From Oopsacas minuta (Eukaryota > Animalia > Porifera), in NCBI GenBank assembly GCA_024704765.1, contig JAKMXF010000345.1, positions 124,001-188,000 on the forward strand: a stretch of DNA of 64,000 nt. The letters are read 5' to 3'. This document shows, piece by piece, positions 35,801 through 47,328 of the stretch. A program made the position numbers and the translations under genes. Below the pieces are notes generated by a model. The model saw only the letters and a list, made by a program, of their open reading frames with translations, was not told the DNA's origin and did not search any database. Position 1 is the first letter of the stretch. Every line of letters begins with the position of its first letter.

Positions 35801-37359
35801 TAGCAGTCTCCGAGAAGCGGACAACTCTCTAAAACGGACAGAAGAGATGTCCTCAGCGTACCCGTTATTCGGAGACCCTACTGCATATCAAAAATTCCCC
35901 TTGTGTAGTTCAATTATATTCTCACAATATCATTGAACTTTTCAAATCAGATAAAATTAAATTTTTCACAAGTCCTCAATAGCATAATCTCGTCTCAGGA
36001 ACATCCGTCTATTTCTAAGCAATTTCCTACTCAAGTATGACACAATTGCATTTATCATAAGAGTTTCACAGTTGTTGCATAGTTAACACTTTCAATATGT
36101 TGGTATACATGCAGCAGCCAAATTTTAACACCGCAATCATTTGATATTTTTATTTATACACACAACATATATGTTTACTACGTATGCCACACATGGTTTG
36201 ACACTGATATAAGATCTCAGACGTTTCCTCACATCACATCATCAGTGGTGTTTGTTTACAAAAGACTTTTTGGATTTATCCAGAATGATTAGATATGACG
36301 TAATACCATTATTATTATTATTATTATCATAGACTATAAATATTATGAAAATTTATATTTCCTGTCACAGAGTTTGAATTTATTTATTCAAATTGTTTTG
36401 GGATATCTATGACATTCCTTCTCGTTGCTATTTCACGTTTTCCCCCTATTCCTGAAATACAGTAAATGCTGTTTCAACGACTATTCTGGGGTAATCGAGT
36501 ATGCTGAAGCCGAATATGGGATTGTAAACAATATATTGTGAATATTTGTTTACTTTATCTACCTAAAAGTAAACAAATATTCACAATATCTTGTTTACAA
36601 TATCATATTTGGACTCAGCATGCTCGATTACCCCAGGATAGTCGTTATAAGACCCCCCTTGGGGGAAGCAATACATGTTGTTATAACCGGAATACATTGT
36701 AATATTCATTGAAATGAATTTGTACTTCATTTTCGTATCCATAGATATTACAGAAAGGTCATGACATGGACTTCTTAACAGATGATCTATCTATCCATGA
36801 TGGAGGAGATCACAATCAATCAAAGTATTTAGGTGTATGTTTACTGAAGGGAGATAACCGTAAGCATAGGAGACTTGATATTATTGTTGTGCCTTATGCT
36901 CAATGGGCTTGTGCTATACTATATTTCACTGGTTCTGCTCACTTTAATCGATCTTTGAGGCTTTATGCACAGAAGCAAGGTATGTAATGTATGATATATA
37001 ATCGGGTTTATTTCCTGATTTATACACTCATAATTCAGTGTTGCCAGATGGTTTGCTCTGAAATTTCAATTCTTGACATAAGTCAAAAGTGCTTGCCAAA
37101 GCGAAAATCTATGAACTTTGCTCCTGACCTGGTAACACTGATCCTGATTATAGTAAATACCCCAATACTCGAAGGTTTCGGAAACAATTTCATTTATCCT
37201 ATAGGAATGCATCTATCAGAACACCATCTCTGCACAGATGTAATGCGTAAAGGCACAACGATAATACACGAAGGCACAATACTACCCACATTCACTGAGC
37301 AAGATATATTCCTGCATTTGGGTTTGGATTATCTAGAACCACATGATCGGGATAAATAG
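32829..37359 (+). CDS. POLL: DNA polymerase lambda (family X; BRCT - Ser/Pro-rich - 8 kDa lyase - catalytic core), multi-exon
   Basis: N-terminal BRCT ([13 protein letters not shown]...THIL...[10 protein letters not shown]). Motifs [63 protein letters not shown] and [20 protein letters not shown]. Confidence 0.95.
36476..36646. repeat. Long near-perfect hairpin (about 80-bp arms, about 8-nt loop) in a POLL intron
   Basis: Left arm acgactattctggggtaatcgag...gtttacttt pairs with aaagtaaac...ctcgattaccccaggatagtcgt with about 8 non-Watson-Crick positions. The ggggtaatcgag end also occurs at about 13841, 13948 and 21294. Confidence 0.85.
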
Positions 37360-37799
37360 TAGCTGTAAATATAATTCATAGTTTTTGTACATCCGTGATT
37401 TAAGGGATTTGTGTATTTATCAAAGGTTTGTTAAGAATATTCTTTATGATTGTTCATGCTGAATTCTTTTCATTTTAGTTTACATGACGTAATACTATTT
37501 CATACTTACCAACCACTTACATTAATTTCCCCTGAGTTTCAGGTCTCTCACGATTTCGGGCCTACTAATACTGCAAAGTCCCTGGTCCTTACACAAAACT
37601 CTAATACTAAATAGACATCTCACGATAGAATCGTGCCAAATGCCGCGAAAAGTGCCAATATACATTGGAACCTTATTAATACGAATACTCAAATTTGTTT
37701 GCTTCATCCATAGTTCGTATTAACGAGATTCTACCGTTAAAGCAGTTTATAAATATTCTATTTCTATGAGAACTAGCTTATAATAATATTTCTATGAAT

Positions 37800-39763
37800 A
37801 TGAGTTTACATCCAAGAGATAGAGATATTTTCCTACAACTTGAAAATGATCATTTTCGTGATATCAGCGAAATTGAGATCATAAGTCGCGAAGTCAAACA
37901 TGAATTCGATAAATTTCACAAAGAATTGACCCAGAAAGAATATGATATTGTGAGAGAAATTAACAAAATCCGCGATAAAATTGTTGAAGATTTTAACCAA
38001 AAAAAGAACCGTTTATTTGATACTACAAACCAATATCGCGAAATTCAACACGATTTAGGAGTATCTACACATGTGAACATTTTGTGGAAGAAAAACGGTT
38101 TGGCGATAAATGATATCTGCGAAATACAGTCCTCACAGAGACGGCGATCACACTCAATTTCCTCAGCAACAAATCCTTATGGCGACCTCATAATAATGTT
38201 AAATTCCGCTCGTCAGGTTCAAAGTTCAATCCAAGCAATTGCAATGGAATATCCACCGGAAATGCACTCAACAGCAAGACAGCTGATCCACAACAAACAA
38301 CATAAATATCATATCCTACCTGTTTATGAGCTGATACAACATAATTTGAAATGTAATACGAAGATGGTTGATATACAAGATGGACTGCACTCTTTGTCAA
38401 AGTATGTGATTTGTTTGTTCTTTGATCCAAGCAGGACTATCTTTCATACGATACAGGTAAGTGTTTTTGTTATTTCTCTTACCTTTGTGACTAATAAATA
38501 CATTCTGAGATGGCATTATTTCTTACAGGGACTCTGTTACCAACTCCCTATATTTCTTTTCCGACAATTTCCCTGAATTCCAAGTTTTACATTAATAGCG
38601 ATTTCAGGTTTTTATTTTTGGAAAACAAGCGCATGAATTGCAATTTTTCATGGATTCTCAAGTTTTTTAATGAGACCCTCTGAGAGGGGGCCAGTAGATC
38701 CATTTGGCTTCAAAAACATTTCATCGTATGACCATATTAGGGTATTATATATTCATTTGGGGAAGATAGCAAAATGACTTGGCCTCTACGATCCTGTCAG
38801 AGTCAATCCGCGGGAAGGTTTGGCAAATATACTCACTACGCTCCCGTAAAATGTTTATTGTTAAATATCTAATAAGCATTTTGAGCGGACAATTTTCGTC
38901 ATAACAGCCCCTATGAAGTGCAACTGCTATATGCAAAAATATGTTATCTAATTGTGTTCTTATTCATATAGACTGACTCAGAATACCACAGAACTCTTAT
39001 TTCAAACAAAATAGTAGGCTACGATAAAATTCTACACAGAATTGATTACCAATACAATCACACTACCCAATTCTATACAATCGACCAACATCTACTGTCT
39101 ACTCCTCAATATCTTCATAAACTAGCTTCCATCTGCTGTGAACTTCTATTAGCTGTTGAGGAATTGAGATATTTTCAGGAGAACACCGATCTGAATCGTC
39201 TCGATCTTCTGACCTACTTTTCACCACCCCCCTTAGTTCATGACTTTGAAATAAACGCATCGGTATGTCCAATAACAGCCTTAGATGTTTGCGCTTCAGG
39301 TCGTGATGCAAGCCTTTTATCACAGAATAGTGATTCATTTGGTTCTCCGATACAATCATTAAACTATCAACGTTCAAAAGCTAAACTCTATTCCGATAAT
39401 GATACACCAAATTCCAGTGTATCTGATACGCAATACAATAGTCGTACATCAAATTGTAGTGGCGATATTCTCCAGTCACGTGATAGATATGACGTAGTTG
39501 AACCAGCTCCCACTGTTACGCAGGATAAATTCACCTCAACAGCCTTTAATTTAATCGAAGATACGAATCTATACTCAATCTCTGATCCTGGAAATAATGA
39601 TATGGCTAAACAAGATCGCGGAAATCCACGCGGTTTATTACAGAATCCACCCAGGAAAGTTGATTCTAGTCCAAGTATTGGTTGTAAAATTTGCCCTAAA
39701 TGTAACAAAGAGACATCTATTTCATATTTAGCTTGTGAATGGTGTCGTGCTTATGTCTCTTAA
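37800..39763 (+). CDS. Coiled-coil + PUB-like + C4 zinc-ribbon protein (cluster gene A), 2 exons, about 482 aa
   Basis: Exons 37800-38456 and 38972-39763, phase 0. PUB-like IQDGLHSLSKYVICLFF...FHTIQ|TDSEYHRTLISNKIVGYDKILHRIDY...LASICCELLLAVEEL. Ends CPKC...CEWCRAYVS*. Confidence 0.75.
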
Positions 39764-40149
39764 TTCTTGTAATTTATTTATATTTCAAACTTTTGATATA
39801 ATTCATGTTTGTTTTCCTATTTTCTTCTGTTCTGAATGATAATTATTAATATAAGGATTTTCATATGATTTCTATAGGGAAATATTTTATTGAGCTGTTT
39901 TATGCGAAATAGACCATGGACCATGTGTACTGTTATAAGAAGAGTTGTCCTCCTATATCTTATCGAATATTTAACCACGGATGTTGGATTTCGTATTTCT
40001 CCTTGAATGTTATTCAAAAGCTATTTCGAGATATTCCCTCTTTCTTGGTTTGGGTAGTTCACATGGATTATTGGCTATGCAGGCTTGGATGTTGTTCAAG
40101 GATATTTTGATGAGGTGATTTTCTATAATACATAATATATACGAAATCC

Positions 40150-40390
40150 ACCATCCATTGTTAAATATCTAATAGGAGGAACCATTTTTGTCAAACTGTA
40201 CTCGGGTTAAAACTATGTTTTGGCTAAATGCTGTTCCTATATGCTTATTAGCCATTTAACCATGGATGGTTTATTTAGCATATTTTGTGTCCTATACAAA
40301 TCACCCTTCCAATGAAGCGAAGAGTGCTTCAAAATGACGTTGAACAACTTCCAAGCAGATATCACCATCCATGGTTAAATAGCTAATAAT
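40150..40390. repeat. Interspersed repeat with inverted taaccatggatgg / ccatccatggtta ends
   Basis: A related copy lies in opposite orientation at about 44740-44900, with a fragment near 47620-47765. Confidence 0.55.
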
Positions 40391-40583
40391 CATATAGGAG
40401 AGAATTTTCTTCTTAACAAGATCATTGGACCATGGATCATACTGTAGAACTCTTTCGGATATATCGAAATGATTCTTTCCCCAATATAGCGTGAAATAAA
40501 TTGATCCATGGTTCAAATATGATTCTCCATTGGGTATATATTTCAATTTATTTGAGTGAATAAAGGTTATTTCTTGATAACTA

Positions 40584-41348
40584 ATGGCTATGGAGATTGA
40601 AGGAACATTTGATGGCAAAATTTCATTCAAAATACGTATACAAAATGCTAGAGATGAAATACAATCCAAATACCTAGAATTTCATTCACAATTGACAAAA
40701 GAAGAATCGCGGCTTATAACAAGACTTGATGACATTGAATCTGAGGTCTTAGAAACTTTCGAGAAATATAGCACATCTCTAAATGAAATTACGAAAGCGA
40801 GAGAACAAATACTCTCAATTTTCAAGACAAATACCACAAATCGTGATCTGCTTAGAAACAATTTGGAAATATACGACAAAGAAATACAAGCTATAAAAGA
40901 AAACACGAAAATTGAAAATATTATCAATTTAGAGTGGGATATCAAACCGATTGAGATTAATTGCCTGATCCAAACTAAAAATTGCCCTCCACAAACGACA
41001 CAGCACGCCATACCGCAATTATTGAAGCAAGTGTCGTCACCCTTACCAAATACTCTCGATTCGAAGTACCAACGTTTGAATTCATACCAGGGAAATGCCC
41101 CTCGTAAACATTTTATGAAAATGCCGAAACAAACTGAATGGGAATGTCCACATTGTACAACTTTGAATTCTATGAGCAACCACTATTGTGAAATTTGTTA
41201 TAAGACCCCGCGTTATAAGATTGACAAGCAAAGTGGAAAGCCGAATATTCCACATGGAACGAAGTATTGTCGTCGTTGTAACCAGGCTAATCGCTATCAG
41301 GACCAGATATGTGCTTATTGTGGACTATGGTTGGTACATATGAATTAG
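40584..41348 (+). CDS. Coiled-coil + NZF/RanBP2-type zinc finger + C4 zinc ribbon protein (cluster gene B), intronless, 254 aa
   Basis: Heptad-rich N-terminus. EWECPHCTTLN-x6-CEIC followed by CRRC-x10-CAYC. Confidence 0.8.
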   Translation: MAMEIEGTFDGKISFKIRIQNARDEIQSKYLEFHSQLTKEESRLITRLDDIESEVLETFEKYSTSLNEITKAREQILSIFKTNTTNRDLLRNNLEIYDKEIQAIKENTKIENIINLEWDIKPIEINCLIQTKNCPPQTTQHAIPQLLKQVSSPLPNTLDSKYQRLNSYQGNAPRKHFMKMPKQTEWECPHCTTLNSMSNHYCEICYKTPRYKIDKQSGKPNIPHGTKYCRRCNQANRYQDQICAYCGLWLVHMN

Positions 41349-41722
41349 TTGGTGTGGGTATTTTGAGTTGGATTTTGTTTCATATATTTTTGTGAATATT
41401 TAGCCAAATGTTTGTCTCTCGTTGGGGGTGTACAGGTCCATTTGTATACTTTCATAGGTCATCAGGGCTCTCAACTTGGAAACTTCAAAATCTCACGATT
41501 CTATCTTGGGATATGCAATTTAGTATTATTTTCTATTATTACAATACCCAATTCTTCTGCAGTATTTGTAGACCCGAAATGGTGAGCGTTGAGAGCCCAG
41601 GTTATCTAGAACTCCGCATAAGTCGAAGGTATTATTGCTGTCCCTTGAGTTTCGATGTAACGGGAGTTGAGTGTATTTTGAGTACATATTTCTATGTTAA
41701 TTTTAGAATTCTAGCTTTGACC

Positions 41723-42472
41723 ATGGCTCAATCTCCACAAATTTCCGAAACGACATTACAAACTATTACAGAATTTCAAACACGAATACAATCATACAGA
41801 GCTGAAATCAAAAACAAAATTTCACAAATCATCGGTCAACTCAAAAACGAGGAAAATCAACTTTTATCGAAACTCGATGATATTGAAAAGGAAGTTCTCG
41901 ATAAATACAAAATAGCCAGTTCGACATTAGCCGAAATTACCAAAGCCAGAGAACATATACTCGGTGTATTGAAGAGTAATACCACTAGTACTTTACTGAA
42001 AAATAACTTAGAATTGTATGATAAAGAGATTGAAAATATCAAGAAAAATTCGATAATTTCTTCTACGAACATTCAGTTAAAATGGAATATTAATAATATT
42101 GAAAATATTTGTGTAATTTCGAAATTGATTGATGAAAACCGTGAAAATATTATAAATTCTAAGTGTGTAGAAACTGATAAAAGATCCGTAGTCTATACTG
42201 AATATCTTAAGCCTCTAAAACCGAAATTTCAAGTGCCTGAACCCAATTGTCAAAACAAAAATTTATTAAAATTAAACAGACATTTAGTAAACCTAGAAGA
42301 TAACATATTCTCTCCAGATTACTCTACTGACAAGCCCAATAATACGATTACAGAACCACAATATACTAATTTATCCTTGAAAAGAGAATGGGTATGTCCT
42401 AATTGCACATATTATAATGATCCTAGCCTTACAAAATGTGGAATGTGTTCATACCTTAGACAGAACTACTAA
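41723..42472 (+). CDS. Coiled-coil + single NZF zinc finger protein (cluster gene C), intronless, about 249 aa
   Basis: Start MAQSPQ at 41723. Coiled coil paralogous to gene B (ITKAREHIL, LLKNNLELYDKEI). C-terminal EWVCPNCTYYNDPSLTKCGMC. Confidence 0.8.
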   Translation: MAQSPQISETTLQTITEFQTRIQSYRAEIKNKISQIIGQLKNEENQLLSKLDDIEKEVLDKYKIASSTLAEITKAREHILGVLKSNTTSTLLKNNLELYDKEIENIKKNSIISSTNIQLKWNINNIENICVISKLIDENRENIINSKCVETDKRSVVYTEYLKPLKPKFQVPEPNCQNKNLLKLNRHLVNLEDNIFSPDYSTDKPNNTITEPQYTNLSLKREWVCPNCTYYNDPSLTKCGMCSYLRQNY

Positions 42473-42867
42473 TTAAGTTTGTGTATATTTTATTAACTAT
42501 AGTTGTGATGACGTAACTTTGTTATTATATTAGAGAATATTATTATCACCAAATTATATTTTTATAATAACAAATACTTATATTTCATTAAGAACCGATG
42601 CTAACTTGGCAGAGTTCGATATATTAGTGAATCTTTCCAATTATTCTTTGATAGAATATAACCTCCACGAACGGGGGATTTGACAGATACCAGGGATTTT
42701 CGACGTCCCTGGTACACTGTTTGTGGAGGTTACACGCGAAATATTGCCCCGACTGCCGCGTCACCTTCCACCGAATACATATATTGTTTGTAGTTAACTA
42801 TAAATTTTGATAACAGAACCATGGATAACTAATTCCATTCAAATTATATTATTAGCATAGAGTACGC

Positions 42868-45800
42868 ATGACTGGCTACACAGATCCAACAATCAAAGAT
42901 GAAACTTTTAGAATCCTGAGAGATCTTGAACGTGCTATCACTGATGATTCAAAGCGAACACGTGAAATCGTAAAAACAGAATTCACCGAGTTGAAACGAA
43001 AAGTTACAGAATTTGAATTAGAAAAATTGGACTATATAAATCAAATTGAATCCGAGAAGAAAGCTCAAATATCAACCATTCGTTCTCAGCATGATGGCTT
43101 GAAAATGGCTCAATCATTTTCCGCGCAAAATAACCCAGAAATCACCAAAAAATTCAGTGAATTGGAAAAAGACCTCAATCGATTACGTAACAGTATGATG
43201 AGTAAGCAAATTAACATAGACATCAATAAAGTTGAAGTATTCGATCAATTGCAACTTTTCTGCAACACAAACTATGGAGTGCCACCAGGGACGCAAACAA
43301 TCCCCCCACCCTATGCTGTCCCACAACAGAAACTCATCATACAAGAAACGCTGGATAAAGTCCACTCAGAAAGCCGAATGCCAGCCGAAAAATTAGAATC
43401 CATCGAGGGATTTATCCGGTTTGTCCTTACATTTAAATCCTCCGAATATAAGCCAACGCTTACTAGTAATATTCCCATTGAAATAGCAAACGAGGCTAAA
43501 AGGTACGTTAAAGTCGAAAATAAATATACTATGGCTAATTTCTATGATATTATGCTGCGTACTATGAAGGAAGGTAAGTCAATGAAGAATATCTGTGCTG
43601 GTTTTGAGAATTTGGCGAAGATGTGTAATTGTGTTTATTTTGATTCTCACAGTGATGAAACTAAAATTATTAAGGTAAGTGAAGACCAAAGTCCATGATT
43701 CATGTCAAAATTCATTGCAAATTCTTGTCATAAGGGAAAGGTCAAAATCTATGAACTCTGTTTATTATCTGGCATGAACCAAACAGAAAATCGTCGATTT
43801 TGGACCAGGGATTGCAGAAACGGAGTTTTGAATTATGCAGTTCTACAATTATGTAATACTTTAGCAAGCCAAATGCCCTTTTTAGCAGTTTACTAATTAC
43901 AAATAATAATCGCGGCCGTATCCCTAGTCCAATCCACAATTTCCTATGTAAAGTAGCTAATCGCTTGTCAAAAACATGTCCATATATGGTAGTGATATAT
44001 TTTATATACTTTTAGGTTGATGGCCCATTTTATAAACAAGGCATAAGCAATAACCTCTGCTCTACAGATGATATACTACGTCTCCTCGGCTATGAAAATA
44101 GGATACAATTTTGGCAATTTAACAAGCCTCAAAATGTAAAGAAATTCGAAGCACAGATTGAGCGTTTGTTTTGTGAATTGTGTATTCTTGTACAAGAATC
44201 TATTGCCATAGAAAAGCAGATAAAAAAGGAGAAATATAACGAATATATTTTACAGAAGATAGATACACAGGTTGTACCGAATTTACCAACACCGGTAGGG
44301 ATGGTAAAACCGGTCGCGCCGGATCCAGTTGAAAAACCAAATCCGGTTGAAGGAGCAAGACCTGTCTCTCCAGAAGATGACGAGGAGCAATACGCATTTT
44401 CAGAGTTATTAGTCGCGATCGATGCTCTGGGGACACAAGACCAAAAATACACTACGTCACTCGCAGAGGCTAATCCAGACGAATTCCTTGAATTAGCCAA
44501 AAAATGCATAAATCTACCTGTACAAAAGAAATACCAGAATATCGACATGTATAAGGTTATACATGGTAATGTATTGAACCATAAGCAAGTTGGAGAGATT
44601 AAGATAGGATTGGTGGGTGTATTTAAGTATGCATTAAACCAATACGTTGATGCACAATTACCTGAAATTCAATTACTTTTGGTAAGCTATATAACTGCTT
44701 GTTATGACCAAATGGCCCCTCTATATGCTTATTAGTTATGTAACCATGGATGGCGGTTTTAGTTTATCTGCTTGAATGTTGTTCTAAGTCATTTTGAGGC
44801 ACTCTGCTTGATCGGAAGGGAGAATTTGCATGGAATTTATAAATATCCTAAATTCACCATCCATGGTTAAATATCTAATAAGCATATAGACAAAAATTTT
44901 GTCAAACAGCATAAAATGACCCTATAAGGAGAGGTGGTCTCAGGATCTGGATACCCGCGGCAAATCATCAGTTTACCACTGCGACCGTGCCATTACCAGT
45001 CTGCTGTATATATGATTATACGTATGCAGCCAACTCCCATTATATTTAACACGGATATCTCGGAATACCCGCTTATATCAAAGTCTGAAATTGTACAAAT
45101 ATGGTGCCAACTGTCAAAAGTCACATATATTTCATGGGTTTTATCGAAGTAATTTAGCGATCCCTTGAGCTGTTTTTGTATTTATATAATCAATATTTAT
45201 TGGTTGTGCATTTCCTATAGTATGATAAAGATCCTTTTCATTCACTTGTCTCGAGTAAGATGATAAACTCGGAAGAAATTTTCCTGAAGCTAGGCTATCT
45301 CAAAATGTCAGAAGGACAAGGAATGCAGCTCAAGGAGGCTGTTGATGATAGAACCACACGTTTGCATAATGTATCTCTTATTTGCTGTGAGCTTTTAATT
45401 GCAATACAGGAATTGTCAGAATTTGGAAATACTGATCAGAATCCGTTGAAATATTTTGATACTAATAAGGATCAAAGTGTTAAATCTTCAATTCCAGAAC
45501 CAGCACCACGAAAATCAATGCCAAATATTCTACCACCACCAGCACAAGGGTTTGGTCCAATTCAAAGTATCCCTAAACAAGGATCTGGTCCAATTCAAAG
45601 TATCCCTAAACAAGGATCTGGTCCAATATCAAATATACCACCACCCCTAGAACTTGGCCAAATGGTGAATATTCCACAATCACAATCACAAGGATATGGT
45701 CCAGTACAAAATATTCCCCCTAAGGAAGGATTAGAGCCAATACATCCATCACGGCCACAACAAGGATCTGGTCCCATACAATTTATTCCACAACCAATAG

Positions 45801-47328
45801 GACCTGGTCAAATGCCGAATATGCCCCAATCACAATCACAAGGTTCTGGCCAAATTCAAAATATCGATCCACAACAACAACAATGGATGAGCCAGTTGCC
45901 TCAGCGATCTCTACAACAACAGAATGCTCCCCCTCCACAAAATTTTGGCCCATTCCATTCTTTTCAAGGCCCGCACCCTTCTTTGAATTTACTTCAGGGA
46001 TTTGAGAAACTTCGTGAAACTTTATCAAATTTCAAGCTTCAAACTGCAATACCCTCGCATTTAATTGACCTTGCGCGTGCTTGTCTGCCTCTTTCAGCAA
46101 AGGATAAATACGCACTTGGTATCATTTGTGAAATAGTTTTGCAAAATCTGAAGCATAATACACCAATTGTTCAAATTCGTGAAGGTATAGAATGGCTTGC
46201 CAAATATTGTATTTGTATATTTCTTCGTGTATCAGATAGAGAAGTACTCACCCTAAAGGTTTGTGTTTTTATATTTTATGTATTTTTATAGCAAAATTCA
46301 GAAAATTTAGTGCACATTTCTGAAAGATGCCAAAATCAAAGTTTTCGCCAATTTCAGTAGGAAAGCCAAAAAATACAAAGGAATTTGCATTTTCAGAAAT
46401 GTACACAATTTCTTTGAATAATTATTTATTCTTAATATGAAAATTCAATATTTTCGGCACATGAATTTGTTAGCCAAAATATTTTGGGGTCTGCACAGAT
46501 CTAACTTTTATATTTCTATATGTATTTATTTAGGAAAGTGGGTCTCTTTTCTTTCGAGAGATTTGTGCACGGATCAAGATAACAAATAATATATTCACGC
46601 ATCTTGGTTATGAGTATTTAGAAACAGATAGATCTTTTTACCTAAAAGCGGAATTATTTGAAAATCCAGCCAACTTAAATAGATTAATAGAAACTGGATG
46701 TGATTGCCTTCTTGCCATGCAGGATTTAATTGCTTATGAACATATTGGACATGGCAAATTCATTGAGTTTTTCCAACAGTATACCCCCAATCCAACTCAC
46801 GAAAATATGCCAGCTGAAATGCCAACACAATCTCGCCAATATGCTGAACCACCCACTGAAAATTTGCCCGCCAAAAATCTATCTTTTGCCGACCTATCAG
46901 GCCCAATACCTCCACCACATCCAACACAATCATATTCGTCGAATCCACCAAGGGACCAGAGTTTTAGTATTCCTGTGCAGTCGCAGCCTCCATATAGTTC
47001 AGTATACGATCATAACAGGCCATACCAAGAACTCCCTTATGATCAAAGTGTAAATTCCCAATATTATCAACAGCAAAAGCAACAACAACTCCAAAAGCCA
47101 TACCCAAGGTCAATTGCTGGTCAACAACGTTGGCAATGTCCGCACTGTACAAGCTTCAATCCTATTAATATATCTTTCTGTGAAGTGTGCTACAAAACGC
47201 CTGACTACAGGCTTGATACCGAATCACCTCCACGTACAAATCCTAGCACGAAGTTATGTCCCCGGTGTAGACAACCAAATCGTATGCAGGATATTAGCTG
47301 TACTGGATGTGGTGCTAATTTTATGTGA
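42868..47328 (+). CDS. Coiled-coil + 3x PUB-like + Pro/Gln/Gly-rich linkers + NZF + C4 zinc ribbon protein (cluster gene D), 4 exons, about 1101 aa
   Basis: Exons 42868-43674, 44016-44681, 45221-46258 and 46534-47328, all phase 0, total 3306 nt. This joins four ORFs of the track into one frame. Three repeats of a helical PUB-like unit. C-terminal WQCPHCTSFN-x6-CEVCYKTP...CPRC-x10-CTGC. Confidence 0.75.

Noticed and set aside
41408-41722. N-terminal 105-aa extension of cluster gene C in the ORF track
   Set aside because: TTG start with non-conserved, non-coding-like composition. Similarity to paralog B begins only after the ATG at 41723.
37800-47328. A true HOIP/RNF31 or TRIM E3 ligase
   Set aside because: No RING, IBR, RBR, UBA or B-box cysteine pattern was found. 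Only the coiled coil, PUB-like and NZF/ribbon modules are supported.
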